Source: Nitrospirota bacterium
Lineage (GTDB): Bacteria; Nitrospirota; Thermodesulfovibrionia; Thermodesulfovibrionales; UBA9159
Direction: 5' to 3'
Assembly (NCBI GenBank): GCA_963699545.1
Contig: CAVOUE010000006.1
Span: forward strand, 160,001-224,000
DNA: 64,000 nt
The notes under the pieces are model-generated. The model saw nothing but the letters and a program-made list of their open reading frames with translations, was not told the origin of the DNA and made no database searches. The position numbers and the translations under genes are program-made. Positions 21,533 to 33,034 of the stretch are shown one piece after another (within the stretch, counting starts at the first letter, position 1; each line of letters begins with the position of its first letter).

Positions 21533-22508
21533 TGAACATATGTCGTCTCATGGGGTTAGCCCTTTTCTCCTCCCTCATCATTCTTTTTGCATCTGCAGGA
21601 ACCACCGGCGCAGCTTCAGAAAGGAAGTGGGCACGGTAAAAGACATGAGGGGTTCAGCCAGTATCCAGAGGGAAAAAGAGACGGTCGACGCCAGGAAAAG
21701 CGAGCCCATCTTCAAGGCTGATACGGTAAAGACCTTTGACAAGTCGAAAATGAAGCTGCTCTTCACGGACGACTCGCTGCTGATGATCGGAGAAAATTCC
21801 CGGGTGCTCGTATCGACCATCATAGACAAAAAGGGCAGGACCAATGTGTTCAATCTCGCCGACGGCACAGTGAATGTGATCGTCGGGAAATCGGGACTGG
21901 AGATCCATTCCCCCACCTCGATCTCGGCGGCCCGGGGGACTTCCTATGTCGTGTGGGTCGAAAATGATGGAACACAGAGAACCGGGGTGGCGGTCTCGGA
22001 GGGAAGAGTCGAACTAAGGAACAGTGAGGAAGCCGTCACAGAGAAAGTCGTCGTCCCTGCGGGAAAGATGTCCTTCGTCGAGAAGGGAAAGATACCGTCA
22101 CCGGCGGTGGTGGCCCCCCCTGAAGTCATCCAGGTTCTGTATAAGAAGACCCTTGAGCAGGAAGAGATATGGGGCCCGGTGGTCCTCAGGGCAAAGGGGA
22201 GCGCCATCCCTCCTCCGGATTCTGTAAACCCTGCGCAGGCCCGGCTGATGGCCCTCAGGGGAGCCAAGATCGAGGCATTAAGGAACCTCCTTGAGCAGTC
22301 TTACAGCGTCACCGTCACCTCTGATTCCACTCTGCGGGATTATGTGCTCAGGAGCGACACCGTAAAGGCGAAGATTGAAGGTTTTATAAAGGGCGCCTGG
22401 GTGTCGGAAGAGAGGCTCCTTGCCGACGGCAGCTATGAGGTGGAGATGGAAATAGGACTGGGTATCGGCTTCAGGAGGATGCTGCTGGAGCAGGGAGACA
22501 CGAAATGA
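21530..22508 (+). CDS. FecR-domain + LPP20 fusion protein; N-terminus frameshifted
   Basis: DTVKT...LLFTDDSLLMIGENSRV...HSPTSISAARGT...VSEGRVEL, then ARLMALRGAKIEALRNLLEQ. Confidence 0.7.
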
Positions 22509-22702
22509 CGATGCCTGTGAAAACGAATATCTGCAGGAGCGGTGTGAAAACATCGGGATGCTGCCGGTAGTAAGCGCAAGTCTGTTCGCGCAGAGGTCCT
22601 TCGCTTGTTGATTTGTTGATTTTGGCTGTTCTATAATTTTGACGGAACCATACACCGTCACATGGCATGTCAGGATAAGAAGAAATAAAGGGGAGGGAGT
22701 GT

Positions 22703-23704
22703 ATGAAAAATAAACCGCTGTTGTTCCTCGTCTGTATCATATGTGCTCTTGGTGTCACAGCAGCCTTTGCTCTCGGTCAGGCGTCCGCCCTGAATGCGGG
22801 GGGACCGGAGGTCATGATGCTTGCGCAGGCAGATCTTTCTGGTTCCCCGGAGCATACGTGGCCGGCTTACACCGGGCCTAAGAAGAGAATTGCGGTGACC
22901 AAGTTCGAGAATAAGGTGACCGGTGTATACGGCAACTGGAGGCTGGGTGACGGTTTTGCTGAAATGCTCACTACGGAACTCATGAAGACGGGTCAATTTG
23001 TCGTGGTTGAACGCCAGGCATTGCAGGATGTCCTCGGCGAACAGGAACTGGGTCAGTCAGGGGTGGTCAGGAAAGAGAGTGCTGCAAAGGTCGGCCAGGT
23101 GCTGGGAGCTCAGATCATCATCAGAGGCGTGGTGTCGGAATTCACTCTCAATGAGTCGGGGGGCGGTGGCGGCATTGGCATAGCAGGCTTCAGGGTCGGT
23201 GGCAGGTCATCCAACGCCCATGTTGCCGTTGATATAAGGCTCATAGATACCACCACCGGGCAGGTGCTGCAGTCCCACAACGCTGTCGGGAAGGCGGAAT
23301 CAAGCGGCGTCAACGTAGGCGTCTCGCGAGGAAACGTTGATTTCGGCGCGGCCGCCTTTCAGAATACCCCCCTTGGTCAGGCGACACGGCAGGCGATCCA
23401 TGACGCAGTCCATTTCATCATGCTCAATATGGAAAGAATGCCCTTCACCGCCAAGGTGGTGAAAGTGGAAGGGAACAAGGTGTACATAAACGCCGGCTCG
23501 CAGATGAATATCAAACACGGGTTCAAGTTCTCTGCCTACTCGGTAGGCGAGGATATCGTCGATCCCGATTCAGGATTAAAACTGGGGGCCGATGAAAAGC
23601 TTGCGGGAACCGTGGAGGTGAGGGACGTCCAGGAGAAGTATTCGATCGGCTCCCTGATGTCGGGAAGCGGACTCAAGAGAGGGGATGTCCTTAAGCTCCA
23701 GTAA
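22703..23704 (+). CDS. CsgG/HfaB-family protein with a FlgT-C-like tail
   Basis: KKRIAVTKF...EMLTTEL...FVVVERQAL...VDIRLIDTTTGQV; VYINAGS...GDVL. Confidence 0.8.
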   Translation: MKNKPLLFLVCIICALGVTAAFALGQASALNAGGPEVMMLAQADLSGSPEHTWPAYTGPKKRIAVTKFENKVTGVYGNWRLGDGFAEMLTTELMKTGQFVVVERQALQDVLGEQELGQSGVVRKESAAKVGQVLGAQIIIRGVVSEFTLNESGGGGGIGIAGFRVGGRSSNAHVAVDIRLIDTTTGQVLQSHNAVGKAESSGVNVGVSRGNVDFGAAAFQNTPLGQATRQAIHDAVHFIMLNMERMPFTAKVVKVEGNKVYINAGSQMNIKHGFKFSAYSVGEDIVDPDSGLKLGADEKLAGTVEVRDVQEKYSIGSLMSGSGLKRGDVLKLQ

Positions 23705-23795
23705 GAAATACCTTTTCCTACGATGCAGGAAGGGGGTCGGCGACATGTCGCCGACCCCCTTCCTCGTTCCTGTGAGAAAGAGAACAGATCTCTTC

Positions 23796-24546
23796 TTATT
23801 GCACGTGGCATTTCCCGCAGTCTGTCGAGGGAAAAGCCTTTTCCCCGTTATGACAGGAGCCGCAGTATTTGCCGTTATACATGGCGTCCATGTTCATCTT
23901 CTTCTGGGTCCTCTTCATATCGAAGACCTTCGGATGGCAATTGTCGCAGGGGAATATCTGGGTGTGGAATTCATGGCTGAAAGAGACGTTCCCTATGCCT
24001 TCCACTTTGTACGTAACGGACTTCTTGAATCCCTTCGCCTCATGACACTTTCCGCAATCAGAAGATGAGAACGCCTTTTTCCCATCGTGACAGGCACCAC
24101 AGTATCTTCCCTGGTAGATGGCTTCCATGGTCATCCTGCTTGTACCCTTCTTCATCGGGAAGATCCTGTGTGGCACTCCTTGCATCCCAGCTTTGTGTGG
24201 GACTCGTGGTTGAATTTTGCCGGGTACCCTGACGCGGCATACGTGAACGTCTTAATGCTGTGGCAGGTATTGCAGACCGTCATGTCGGTCTTCATGAAAC
24301 GGTGCGCTTCGAAACGGTGACACTGGTTGCAGTGATATCCTGCGTTCATGTGGAGACCGTGAGGAAAGGCCCCTTTCGCCGGGGAGACGAACTTCTGATA
24401 CGAGTGGCACTTGAAGCAGGGGAGTTCCCCCATGACCTCATCCCGGCTGACCACCCTCTCCTGGGGTTTCTCCACCTTTTCCTTCTCCATATGGGGAGAA
24501 CATGAGGCAGAAAGGACAAACAGGCAAACGTATATGCACCATCTCA
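23796..24546 (-). CDS. Nine-heme c7-repeat cytochrome c (lipoprotein), frameshift near 24160
   Basis: Nine CxxCH across two ORF pieces; F(S/N)HxxH and YCGxCH c7 signatures. Confidence 0.8.
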
Positions 24547-24572
24547 TTTGATATGCCCTCCGTCCCATCGGC

Positions 24573-25316
24573 CTAAGACTTCCCTGGCTTCCTGAAGGAT
24601 GCGGGATTTTCCTTCATTTCCAGTTCATATTCGAGGGGATGCTCCTCCTTGAAGTGATGCATCGAGAGCCTGCCGGTGATCCATGTCATGCTCATGGGGA
24701 AGTTCTCCCACTTCAGGTGCTCGCCGTAGAAGTGCATGATGAGAATATAGGTGATGGCCAGCAATGCCTCATCACTGTGGAGGATAAAGAAGACCTCCCA
24801 TATCCAGTTGGCGCTCCACTGGGGGATGAAATTGGCGGCCTGAGTCGGAAAGGTGAGCACAAAACCCGACAACCCGATGATCGCCATGCCCCAGAAGACC
24901 GCCCAGTAGTCGAACTTCTGAATGTAGTTGTACCTTCCGAACTTGGGCTTTGTGTCACCCATCCCGAGGAAATAGAGGATGTTCTGGATTGCGTTCTTTA
25001 TATCGCTGGGAACAGGAACAATGGTGGTGACGGGGTCGAATTTCATCTTCCCGGTGAGGAGCATATAGACCATATAGAGCACGTGCCATATGAAATCCAG
25101 GAGCATGATCACCCCGGCCACCCTGTGGATGATGCCCGCCGTCTTGGCCCCTCCCCAGAGCCGTATCCACCAGCCCGTATGCTCAAGGACCGCTTCCGGG
25201 TACTTAAGGGACCACCCGGTAAAGGCCAAAAGCAGGAACGTCACGAGGAGGATGACGTGCTGGATCCTGAAGGTCACATTAAATCGCTGAAATTCTGCTG
25301 GTCTTGCATCAGTCAT
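24573..25316 (-). CDS. Di-heme cytochrome b (FdnI/CbcB-like)
   Basis: RIQH, IHRVAG, YIQKFDYWAVFWG, LHSDEALLA, MHFY. Confidence 0.85.
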   Translation of the reverse strand: MTDARPAEFQRFNVTFRIQHVILLVTFLLLAFTGWSLKYPEAVLEHTGWWIRLWGGAKTAGIIHRVAGVIMLLDFIWHVLYMVYMLLTGKMKFDPVTTIVPVPSDIKNAIQNILYFLGMGDTKPKFGRYNYIQKFDYWAVFWGMAIIGLSGFVLTFPTQAANFIPQWSANWIWEVFFILHSDEALLAITYILIMHFYGEHLKWENFPMSMTWITGRLSMHHFKEEHPLEYELEMKENPASFRKPGKS

Positions 25317-26247
25317 GGGGTCCCTCCTTTTTCCTTCTGAAAACACGGTCTCTGATATCTGCGAACGCCTCCAGAAAGACATGGAATATGACAAAGGCTA
25401 TGGTCCCGGCAGTCAGTATGATAAGTCCCTTTTCCGCATAGAAGGGAATGGGGTTGTGTTTGCCGGTAGGTTTATGGGTGATGGAGGCCACAAACTTCTT
25501 GTTTGCACCGGGATGGCATTTCCCGCACGTGACGGTCCTCTTCTCCCACGACACAGGGGAAGCAGGGTCGTCCCATTTCTTAATATCATGCGCACCGTGG
25601 CAGTCGACGCAGGTGGGTGCCCCGGGATGTCCGAGCTTGTATTTCTTCCCGTGGAAGCTTTCATCATATTTCTCCACGATGTGCGTCCCGAGATTGTATT
25701 TCTTGGCGATCTCCTCTTTGTCGTGGCATTCGCCGCAGCCCTTCACCACATTCCACCGGTTCGCCATAGACTCGCGGGATTTCCCCGGCATAATGTAGTG
25801 GGGTGAGCCGTGACAGTCTGCACAGAGGGCTCCGTCCGACTGCTTCTTTTCCATAACGTTCCTGCCGTGAACGCTTTCCGATACCCGTTTGTAGATATCC
25901 CCGTGACATTCACTGCATGCGGCATACGCGACGGGATCCACCTTTGCCTTCGGGGAAACACGGCTCGCAAGCTCTGCCAGATCCCTGGGCGCCTCCGCCT
26001 TTGGCGGTTCATGGGGGTTATCCTTGAATGTCTTGTGACATGCGGTACATCCGATCCCGCCATGGACAGACCGGGAGAACCGCGCTTCATCGAGATGGAC
26101 ATCTATGAGCAGTCCCTTATCGGTCCTGATCTTGCCTTTCATGGCGCCGTGGCAGGCAAGGCAGGTAAATGTTTCGGCAGATGCTGGCGGTGAAAGAAAA
26201 TGCAATGATACCAACAGGAGTGCCAGTAACAGCAGAACCTTTTTCAT
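25309..26247 (-). CDS. Seven-heme cytochrome c with a C-terminal membrane anchor (CbcA-like)
   Basis: Seven CxxCH, SVHG repeats, signal peptide and C-terminal TM helix. Confidence 0.85.
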   Translation of the reverse strand: MKKVLLLLALLLVSLHFLSPPASAETFTCLACHGAMKGKIRTDKGLLIDVHLDEARFSRSVHGGIGCTACHKTFKDNPHEPPKAEAPRDLAELASRVSPKAKVDPVAYAACSECHGDIYKRVSESVHGRNVMEKKQSDGALCADCHGSPHYIMPGKSRESMANRWNVVKGCGECHDKEEIAKKYNLGTHIVEKYDESFHGKKYKLGHPGAPTCVDCHGAHDIKKWDDPASPVSWEKRTVTCGKCHPGANKKFVASITHKPTGKHNPIPFYAEKGLIILTAGTIAFVIFHVFLEAFADIRDRVFRRKKEGPHD

Positions 26248-26565
26248 GTATCCTCCTCTATATAAAAGTCTGACAGGCAACGCCTGCATATACGAATTAT
26301 CCACGCTGTTGGAAGGCTCCTTGCGTGACAGGTGAAGAAGGCGCCCGGAGAGCCGGCATGAGAAACTTCAGGAAAAGCTCTTCTCCTTTTACAGTACACC
26401 CCTTCCAGTCCCCTCCATCCAGAAGTGATCAATGCACACGATTTTACAATGAGCCATCTAATTTTTCAATTAAAAAATATTATGGATTTATAACTATAGC
26501 CGGGCACAAAGAAAGGAGAGGCGTTTGCCTCTCCCTTCGGACGGTTGTCATCGGTACGCGGAAGG

Positions 26566-26901
26566 TTATTCAGCCTTGACGTGTGCTTCCTCTGCAGGGG
26601 CCTTCGCACCGGCGCTTGAGAGCGCCTCGGTCAGATAGCCCACCATCGTCCCGAATATGGCTCCCACCACGATGGTCACTGATGCTATGCAGGTGATACC
26701 TACCAGCACTCCCATTGCCACCGCTACCCTCACCAGCACTGATGCCTCCAGCGGCCCTCCGAACAGGTGGTTCAGAAGTACCAGCGTCCCGTAACTGCCA
26801 AAGTAAAACCCCGGTACGATCCCGAATGCCAGAAATGCGATCCCTCCCAGTACTGCTCCCACCTTCGTCCCCATCCTTACCATCTCTTTCCTTGCTTTCA
26901 T
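26566..26901 (-). CDS. Small Gly-rich membrane protein
   Basis: Hydrophobic; paralogous to the next gene (G-x-x-P-G-x-x-x-G pattern). Confidence 0.75.
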   Translation of the reverse strand: MKARKEMVRMGTKVGAVLGGIAFLAFGIVPGFYFGSYGTLVLLNHLFGGPLEASVLVRVAVAMGVLVGITCIASVTIVVGAIFGTMVGYLTEALSSAGAKAPAEEAHVKAE

Positions 26902-26955
26902 CGTCTTGCCCTCCTTATTAATATTCCTCTCCGGGTATCCCGGAGTACTCCGTAT

Positions 26956-27270
26956 CTATTTCTTGACCTCTGCGGTCACTGTCTTGCCTGCCGTCAAAGT
27001 ATCAATCACATACCCGATAAGCCAGCCTGCCACTGTTGCGCCCGATATGAAGATGATGCCTGATACCAGTACTCCCATAAGCATCGATATGCCTACGATC
27101 AGTCTCGGCACAAGCGCCGAACTCACCGGCATCCCAAAAAGGCTCCCCGCTATGTTCAACCCCACTACTCCGCCAAGAAAAGAACCGGGCAGCAGCCCCA
27201 CTACCGCAAAAAGCACCAGTCCTGCACCTGCCCCTATGTATGCCATCTTTCTTGCCATCTCTTTTTTCAT
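26956..27270 (-). CDS. Small Gly-rich membrane protein
   Basis: MKKEMARKMAYIGAGAGLVLFAVVGLLPGSFLGG; RBS AAGGAG. Confidence 0.75.
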   Translation of the reverse strand: MKKEMARKMAYIGAGAGLVLFAVVGLLPGSFLGGVVGLNIAGSLFGMPVSSALVPRLIVGISMLMGVLVSGIIFISGATVAGWLIGYVIDTLTAGKTVTAEVKK

Positions 27271-27309
27271 CTCCTTGTCCTCCTTCCTTTTGACTTCATT
27301 ACTATACAA

Positions 27310-27325
27310 AGCAGGTTCCATGCCA
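27310..27325 (-). promoter_or_regulatory. Sigma54 -24/-12 promoter
   Basis: TGGCATGGAACCTGCT (GG-N10-GC) about 40 nt upstream of the ATG. Confidence 0.7.
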
Positions 27326-27651
27326 CATAAAATAACCATGATTTTAAACGATATTCACAAAGAAGCCCTTCGTAGATATGAGAAAACTACCTGTCGCTTT
27401 TGCAGAAATGCAAAAAAATGCGACCCTTCCCTGCTGTCCTGATCTGCAGCAGCAGCCGCTGATAACTTCCTCCTGCTTCATACCTCTTATATGGTTCTCA
27501 GAACTGAAGCTTTCGGATTCGCAATCAATAGATAAGTCCCTTTTTGCTCAATCTGACCTAAAGTTACAGCTTGACAGTAGCATGTTAGCGTGATACAAGG
27601 TAATTGAGAGGCAATCCCGGCAAATTGGAGAAATTATGCTCAACTTAATGG

Positions 27652-28596
27652 ATGAGTATGAAGAAGAAAAATAAGAACTGCTGGGAAGTTAAGGGATGCG
27701 GAAGAGAGCTTGGCGGAAAGAACGCCAAGGAGCTTGGTGTATGTCCCGCAGCAATCTACAGGAGGCTTGACGGCGTTCACGGTGGTAAAAATGCAGGGAG
27801 GGTATGTTGGGTAGTGGCAGGCACTATGTGCGCTGTAAGGGTCCAAGGCACCTTTGCCCAAGAATACAAAGACTGTCTGGAATGCGATTTTTATCAATCA
27901 GTAAAGGAGGAGGACAGTCACTACTTTGGGATGACGACGGGTCTGGAGGAGGCATTGCTGGAGAGTGAGAATCGCTATCGGGTGCTGTTCGAACGTGTGG
28001 GAGATGCGATTTTCATTCTGGAGGCTGAGGGAGAAAAAGCTGGCCAAATCGCGGCTGCAAATGAGGTGGCAGCGGAAATGCATGGGTATGCAGTTGATGA
28101 GCTGTTAGCCCTCAACATAATGGCTCTTGATGCACCAGATTCTGCTAAAGAGGCTCCAAGCCGGATCCAGCGCTTGTCAAAAGGGGACTGGATGAAAGCA
28201 GAGATCATGCACCGTAAGAAGGACGGTACTATTTTCCCTGTTGAGATGAGTGCTGGGTTGGTAGAGCTGGGAAAGCATAAATACATTCTTGCCCTTGATA
28301 GGGACATCACTGAGCGTAAGAGGGCTGAAGAAGAGCGGGAGAAACTTATTCTGGCACTGCAAGATGCCATCGCCAAGGTCAAAACACTAAAGGGCTTGCT
28401 GCCTATCTGCGCCTGGTGCAAGAAGATACGCGACGACAAGGGGTATTGGACAAAAGTCGAAACCTATATTAGAGAACATTCCGATGCATCGTTTACCCAC
28501 GGAATATGTCCAGAATGTTTGAAGAAAGAGAGCCCCGAAACTTACGATGCAGTATTTAAAACTGATACTGAAGATGAAGAAAAAGGTAAGACTTGA
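27652..28596 (+). CDS. two-CW domain + PAS + Cys-rich C-terminal domain sensor protein
   Basis: NCWE..C...CP...CW...C..CDFY; PAS/PAC ending RDITERK; LLPICAWCKKIRDDKGYW...FTHGICPEC. Confidence 0.8.
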   Translation: MSMKKKNKNCWEVKGCGRELGGKNAKELGVCPAAIYRRLDGVHGGKNAGRVCWVVAGTMCAVRVQGTFAQEYKDCLECDFYQSVKEEDSHYFGMTTGLEEALLESENRYRVLFERVGDAIFILEAEGEKAGQIAAANEVAAEMHGYAVDELLALNIMALDAPDSAKEAPSRIQRLSKGDWMKAEIMHRKKDGTIFPVEMSAGLVELGKHKYILALDRDITERKRAEEEREKLILALQDAIAKVKTLKGLLPICAWCKKIRDDKGYWTKVETYIREHSDASFTHGICPECLKKESPETYDAVFKTDTEDEEKGKT

Positions 28597-28672
28597 CCTA
28601 TCTGCGCTATTGTGAGTATTTCGAATAAGCTTCGTTACTGTTGCGGCGTGTTTGCGGCCGAGCAACCGAGAC

Positions 28673-29513
28673 TTACTTCACGGCCCCCATCGTGAAGCCC
28701 GCAATAAACCGGTCCAGGAAGAAGGTGTAGACGACGGCAACGGGGATGCTTGCAAGAAGCGCCCCTGCCATGAGCGGTCCCCACTGGAAGACATCTCCGC
28801 GCACAAGTTCCGTCGGCACGCCGATGGAGACCGTTTTCTTTGCAGAGACGGAGATGAAGGTGAGGGCGTAGATAAACTCGTGCATGGAGAGGGTGAAGGC
28901 GAACACGACGACCGTCAGGAGCCCCGAGATCCCGAGGGGCAGGACGACCCAGAACATCGCCCCCAGGCGGGAGTGCCCGTCGATCATGGCCTGCTCCTCG
29001 ATGTCCTTCGGGATCGTCTTGAAGAACCCCATGAGGAGCCACGTGCAGAACGGGATGGTGAAGGTCGGATAAATGAGGATCAACGACCAGAGGGACTCCT
29101 GAAGTCCCAGGGCCGAGGCGAACCGGGAGAGAGGGATGAACAGGATAGTCGGCGGGACAAGGTAGGTGAGGAAGATCCCGATCCCAAGCGTTTCGCCCCA
29201 GCCCCTGTGCCCAGCGGGCCAGGCTGTATGCCGCCGGGACCGCGACCGCGAGCGTGATCGCGACCACCGCGAGGCCGACACAGAGGGTGTTCAGGACGTA
29301 CGTCAGGAAGTGCGTGTCGAACAGGAGGAGCCGCAGGTGGTCCAGCGTCGGGGGTTCGTTGAACAGGAACGGGTTGGCGACAGGGTTGAACAGGTCGTGG
29401 TCCCGCTTGAACGTCGCGATGACCATCCAGTAGAACGGGAAGGCCCCGAACAGCGCGAAGCTTCCCACGAGGGCGTACAGGCCTCCGCGGCGCATCGTTT
29501 TCCATGCGTTCAT
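28673..29513 (-). CDS. Carbohydrate ABC permease (MalG-type), frameshifted
   Basis: IPKDIEEQAMIDGHSRL EAA loop. Confidence 0.85.
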
Positions 29514-30470
29514 CACACCACCTCGCTCTTCCGGACCATCCGCAGCATCAGGATGGCGATGCCTGAGAGGACCGGGAACAGGAAAAGGGAGATGGCAGCC
29601 CCCTGGGCGAGATCCCCTCCCTCGATCCCCTTGAAGAAGGTCCACGTCGAGAGCACCTGGGTGCTGTGCACCGGGCCGCCCCGCGTCATGACGTAGACGA
29701 CGGTCATATCGGTGAAGGTGAAGACGAGCCCGAACAGGAAGGCGATGCTGATGATGGGAAGGGTCAGCGGGATCGTGATCTCCCAGCGTCCTTCGCCAGG
29801 GGCTCGCCCCGTCGACCTCGGCCGCCTCGAGCAGGTCCTTGGGGATCGAGCTCAATCCCGCCAGCTGGATCACCGTCGCCAGCGGCAGCAGTCTCCACAC
29901 GTGGACGATGATCACGGAGGCCATCGCCAGAGCCCGGGCACGCCGAGCCAGTAAAGGTTCTGCATGGGTCCCAGCAGGGCACCAGGAGAGCCGAGCAGCC
30001 CCGCGTAGCGGAGGATCCAGTCGAACGGGCTGAAGATCGAATCGAACATCCAGAGCCAGCCGATCGTCCCGAGCGATATCGGCGCCGTCCAAGGGAGCAT
30101 GATGAGGAACCGGGCCAGCCACTTGCCGCGGAACTCCTTCATCAGGGCGGTAGCGACGATCCTCGAAAGGAGGATCACCAGGATCTGGGAGATGAAGGCG
30201 AACAAGAAAGTGTTCTTCAGGGCGAGCCGAAAGACGGAGTTGTCCAGGATGGCGCCGAAGTTCTGGAAGCCGACGATCCGGAGGGTCGGGTCGCCCGTCG
30301 TCACGTCGCTGAGGCTGTAGAGGATCGCCATGACGAACGAGAATCCGATCAGCACGGCGATATAAAGGATCGCGGGGGCGATCATGAGCAGGGCGAGCTG
30401 CCCGGAATGGTCCCGGATGCCAGGCTTCAACCCGGGTTCCGAGATTTCCGACCTTGCCGTTCATCCTCAT
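29513..30470 (-). CDS. Carbohydrate ABC permease (MalF-type), frameshifted
   Basis: IPKDLLEAAEVDGASPW, VYVMTRGGP. Confidence 0.85.
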
Positions 30471-31500
30471 GCCGTGCCCCGGTCCGTCCGCAGTCCGCTC
30501 TTCCGGTCGAAGAAACGGAGATTCGGGTCGCGCGACACGCCGAAGGTGTACGTCCGACCCGTTCGATCGGGAAGGTCACGTTGCCCGGCAGCCGCGATAC
30601 GACGTGGCGGGCGTGGGACTTTTCCCCGACATTTCCGTATACGAGCCGTTCCGCGCCCAGGTATTCCGTCCAGGTCACTTCAAAGGGATAGGTTTGACCC
30701 GTCGCTCGGCTTTGACGAGATCGGCCGGCAGGAAGGTCTCCGGGCGAAATCCCGTCAGGATGTCTTCCTCTCCGAGCAGGTTCATGGGGGGAGAACCCAC
30801 GAAGGTGGCCACGAAGGTGTCGGCCGGCCACTGGTAGATCTCCCGGGGCGTGCCCACCTGCCGAATCTTGCCCTTGCTCATGACCACGATCCGGTCCCCC
30901 AGCCCCATGGCCTCGATCTGGTCGTGGGTGACGTAGATGGTGGTGACCCCCACCCGTTTCTGGAACTGCCGCAGCTCCTCCCGCGCCGAGGTGCGCAGGA
31001 GGGCATCCAGATTGGAGAGGGGTTCATCCAGGAGGAAGACGCTCGGCTCCCGGACCATGGCACGGGCCAGGGCGACCCGCTGCCGCTCTCCGCCGGAGAG
31101 TTCGCGAGGTTTGCGGTTCAAGCAGCCGCCCGATCCCGAACATTCCCGCCGCCCAATGGACTTTATCCTTGATCGTGGCTCTTGTCCACCCCCCGGGCGC
31201 GCAAAGGGAAGGCGATGTTCTTGTAGACCGTCATGTGGGGATAGAGGGCATAGCTCTGGAAGACCATGGCGATGTTCCGCATCCTCGGCGGGAGGTGGGT
31301 GACCACCCGTTCGTCGATGAGGATATCGCCGCTGGTCGGCTCTTCGATGCCGGCGATCATCCGGAGAAGCGTGGTCTTGCCACAGCCGGAGGGCCCGAGG
31401 AGGACCAGGAACTCCCCCTCGACGGTTTCGAGGTCCACGTGATCGACCGCCCGAACTTCCCGAACAGCTTCGAGATCTTACGTATTTCAACTCGTGCCAT
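30467..31500 (-). CDS. Carbohydrate ABC ATPase (MalK-type), frameshifted
   Basis: [32 protein letters not shown]. Confidence 0.9.
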
Positions 31501-31604
31501 GATACCCGATTCCCCCGTCCGTTTCCGTTGTGGTTTCTGGAGATGATTCACTTGCGCGGGGGAGAGCGGGGAACTCTCCGCCTCCCCCGGAATACGTTTT
31601 GTTC

Positions 31605-33034
31605 CTAGGTCTTCCCGCCCACGAGCCCCTTCTTGCGCCACTTGGCGTAGATGGCTTTCACCAGGAGCTCGGCCTGTGCCACGGCACTCGTCGGCCTTCA
31701 TGCCCCGGGCGGCATTGGCCATCATGTTCGGCAGGATGAAGGTGGCGAAGACCTCTCCGGTGGCCGGGTTCGCCGCCCCCGGGTGCCCCACGTTGGTGCT
31801 CCACTTCTCCGCGTCCTTGAGCACGGCCAGCTTTCCCTTGTCTTCCCCCGGGAGCGCAAAGGGATCGTCGTCGAACCAGGTGTTGTGAAGATCCCGAAGC
31901 TTCTTGGCGCCCTTGCACCGCCGGGTAGCCGCGGTCCCCGGAGGGAATGGGGGCGTCGAAGAAGGCCGGGGAGTTGTAGAGCTCGCTGTGCGTACATGGC
32001 CTGATCGTAGTTCGCACCAGGTCCAGGAGGAATTTCTTCGCCGTATCGGCGTTCTTGGAGTACTTGGGCACGATGTAGTTGTAGATCACGTGCTCGCAGC
32101 TCCACCGCGTGCCCCGCGGTCCCTTGAGCGCCGGGGTGAAGTAGATGTCCTTGGCGATCTCCGGGACCTCCTTCTGGGCGGATCGGTAGGCCGAAATGGA
32201 GTTGAGTATGTAGGCGGCCCTGCCGGCGATGAGGGCCTGATTGTTGGAGACGGCGGTCCAGGCGAAGACCTCGGGGACCATGGCCTCTTTGAACAGGCGG
32301 GCCATATACTTGACGGCTTCGATGGTCTTCGGGTTGTTGAGGACCACGTTCTCCTTCGCATCCTGGATGCTGCTGTCGTAGGACCAGATCAAGCCCCGGG
32401 CCGCCATGTTGGAGTCCAGTTCCTGGGAGAGGCCGATGCCGAGCTGGATTCCCTGCTCCTTCTTGATCTTGCCGCCGTAGGTGATCAGGTCTTCCCAGGT
32501 CTCGGGTCCGTTGGCCTTGCCCGCCTTCGCCCACAGGCTCTTCCGGTAGCATCCGGGGTCGATGGTCCAACCGGGATAGAAGCTGTAGAACTTCTTGGTG
32601 TTCGGGTTGTAGGAACTGCGTCTGCAGAGCGGGTGCATCGTCCCGAACCGCTTCTCCGCCTCCTTGACGAGGTCGCTCAGGTCGAGCACGCTCGGCTCGA
32701 ACTGGGAAGGCGGTGCGATCCACTCGATCAGGTCGTGCCCCGCGCTTGCCGAAATTTCGGCGGCGGTCCGGGAGGGGATCTCGGCCAGTCCGATGTGGTC
32801 CACGGTGACGTTGACGCCGTTGTTCTTCCCCCAGTTCTTGGCGTAGTTATCGTACCATTCCTTGTCGAAGCGGGGAACGAAGTGCGACCAGACGAGGATC
32901 TTAAGTTCCTTTGATGCCGCGCCACTTTGACGGGGAATAAAGATCTCGGGCGCAACTCCCATTGCAACCGCCCCAAACGCAGACGCCTTGACGAACTCCC
33001 TCCGGGTGATTCCCTTCTTGCGCTCTCTAGCCAT
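31605..33034 (-). CDS. Tat-exported ABC solute-binding protein, frameshifted
   Basis: ITRREFVK twin-Arg, PETWEDL. Confidence 0.85.
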
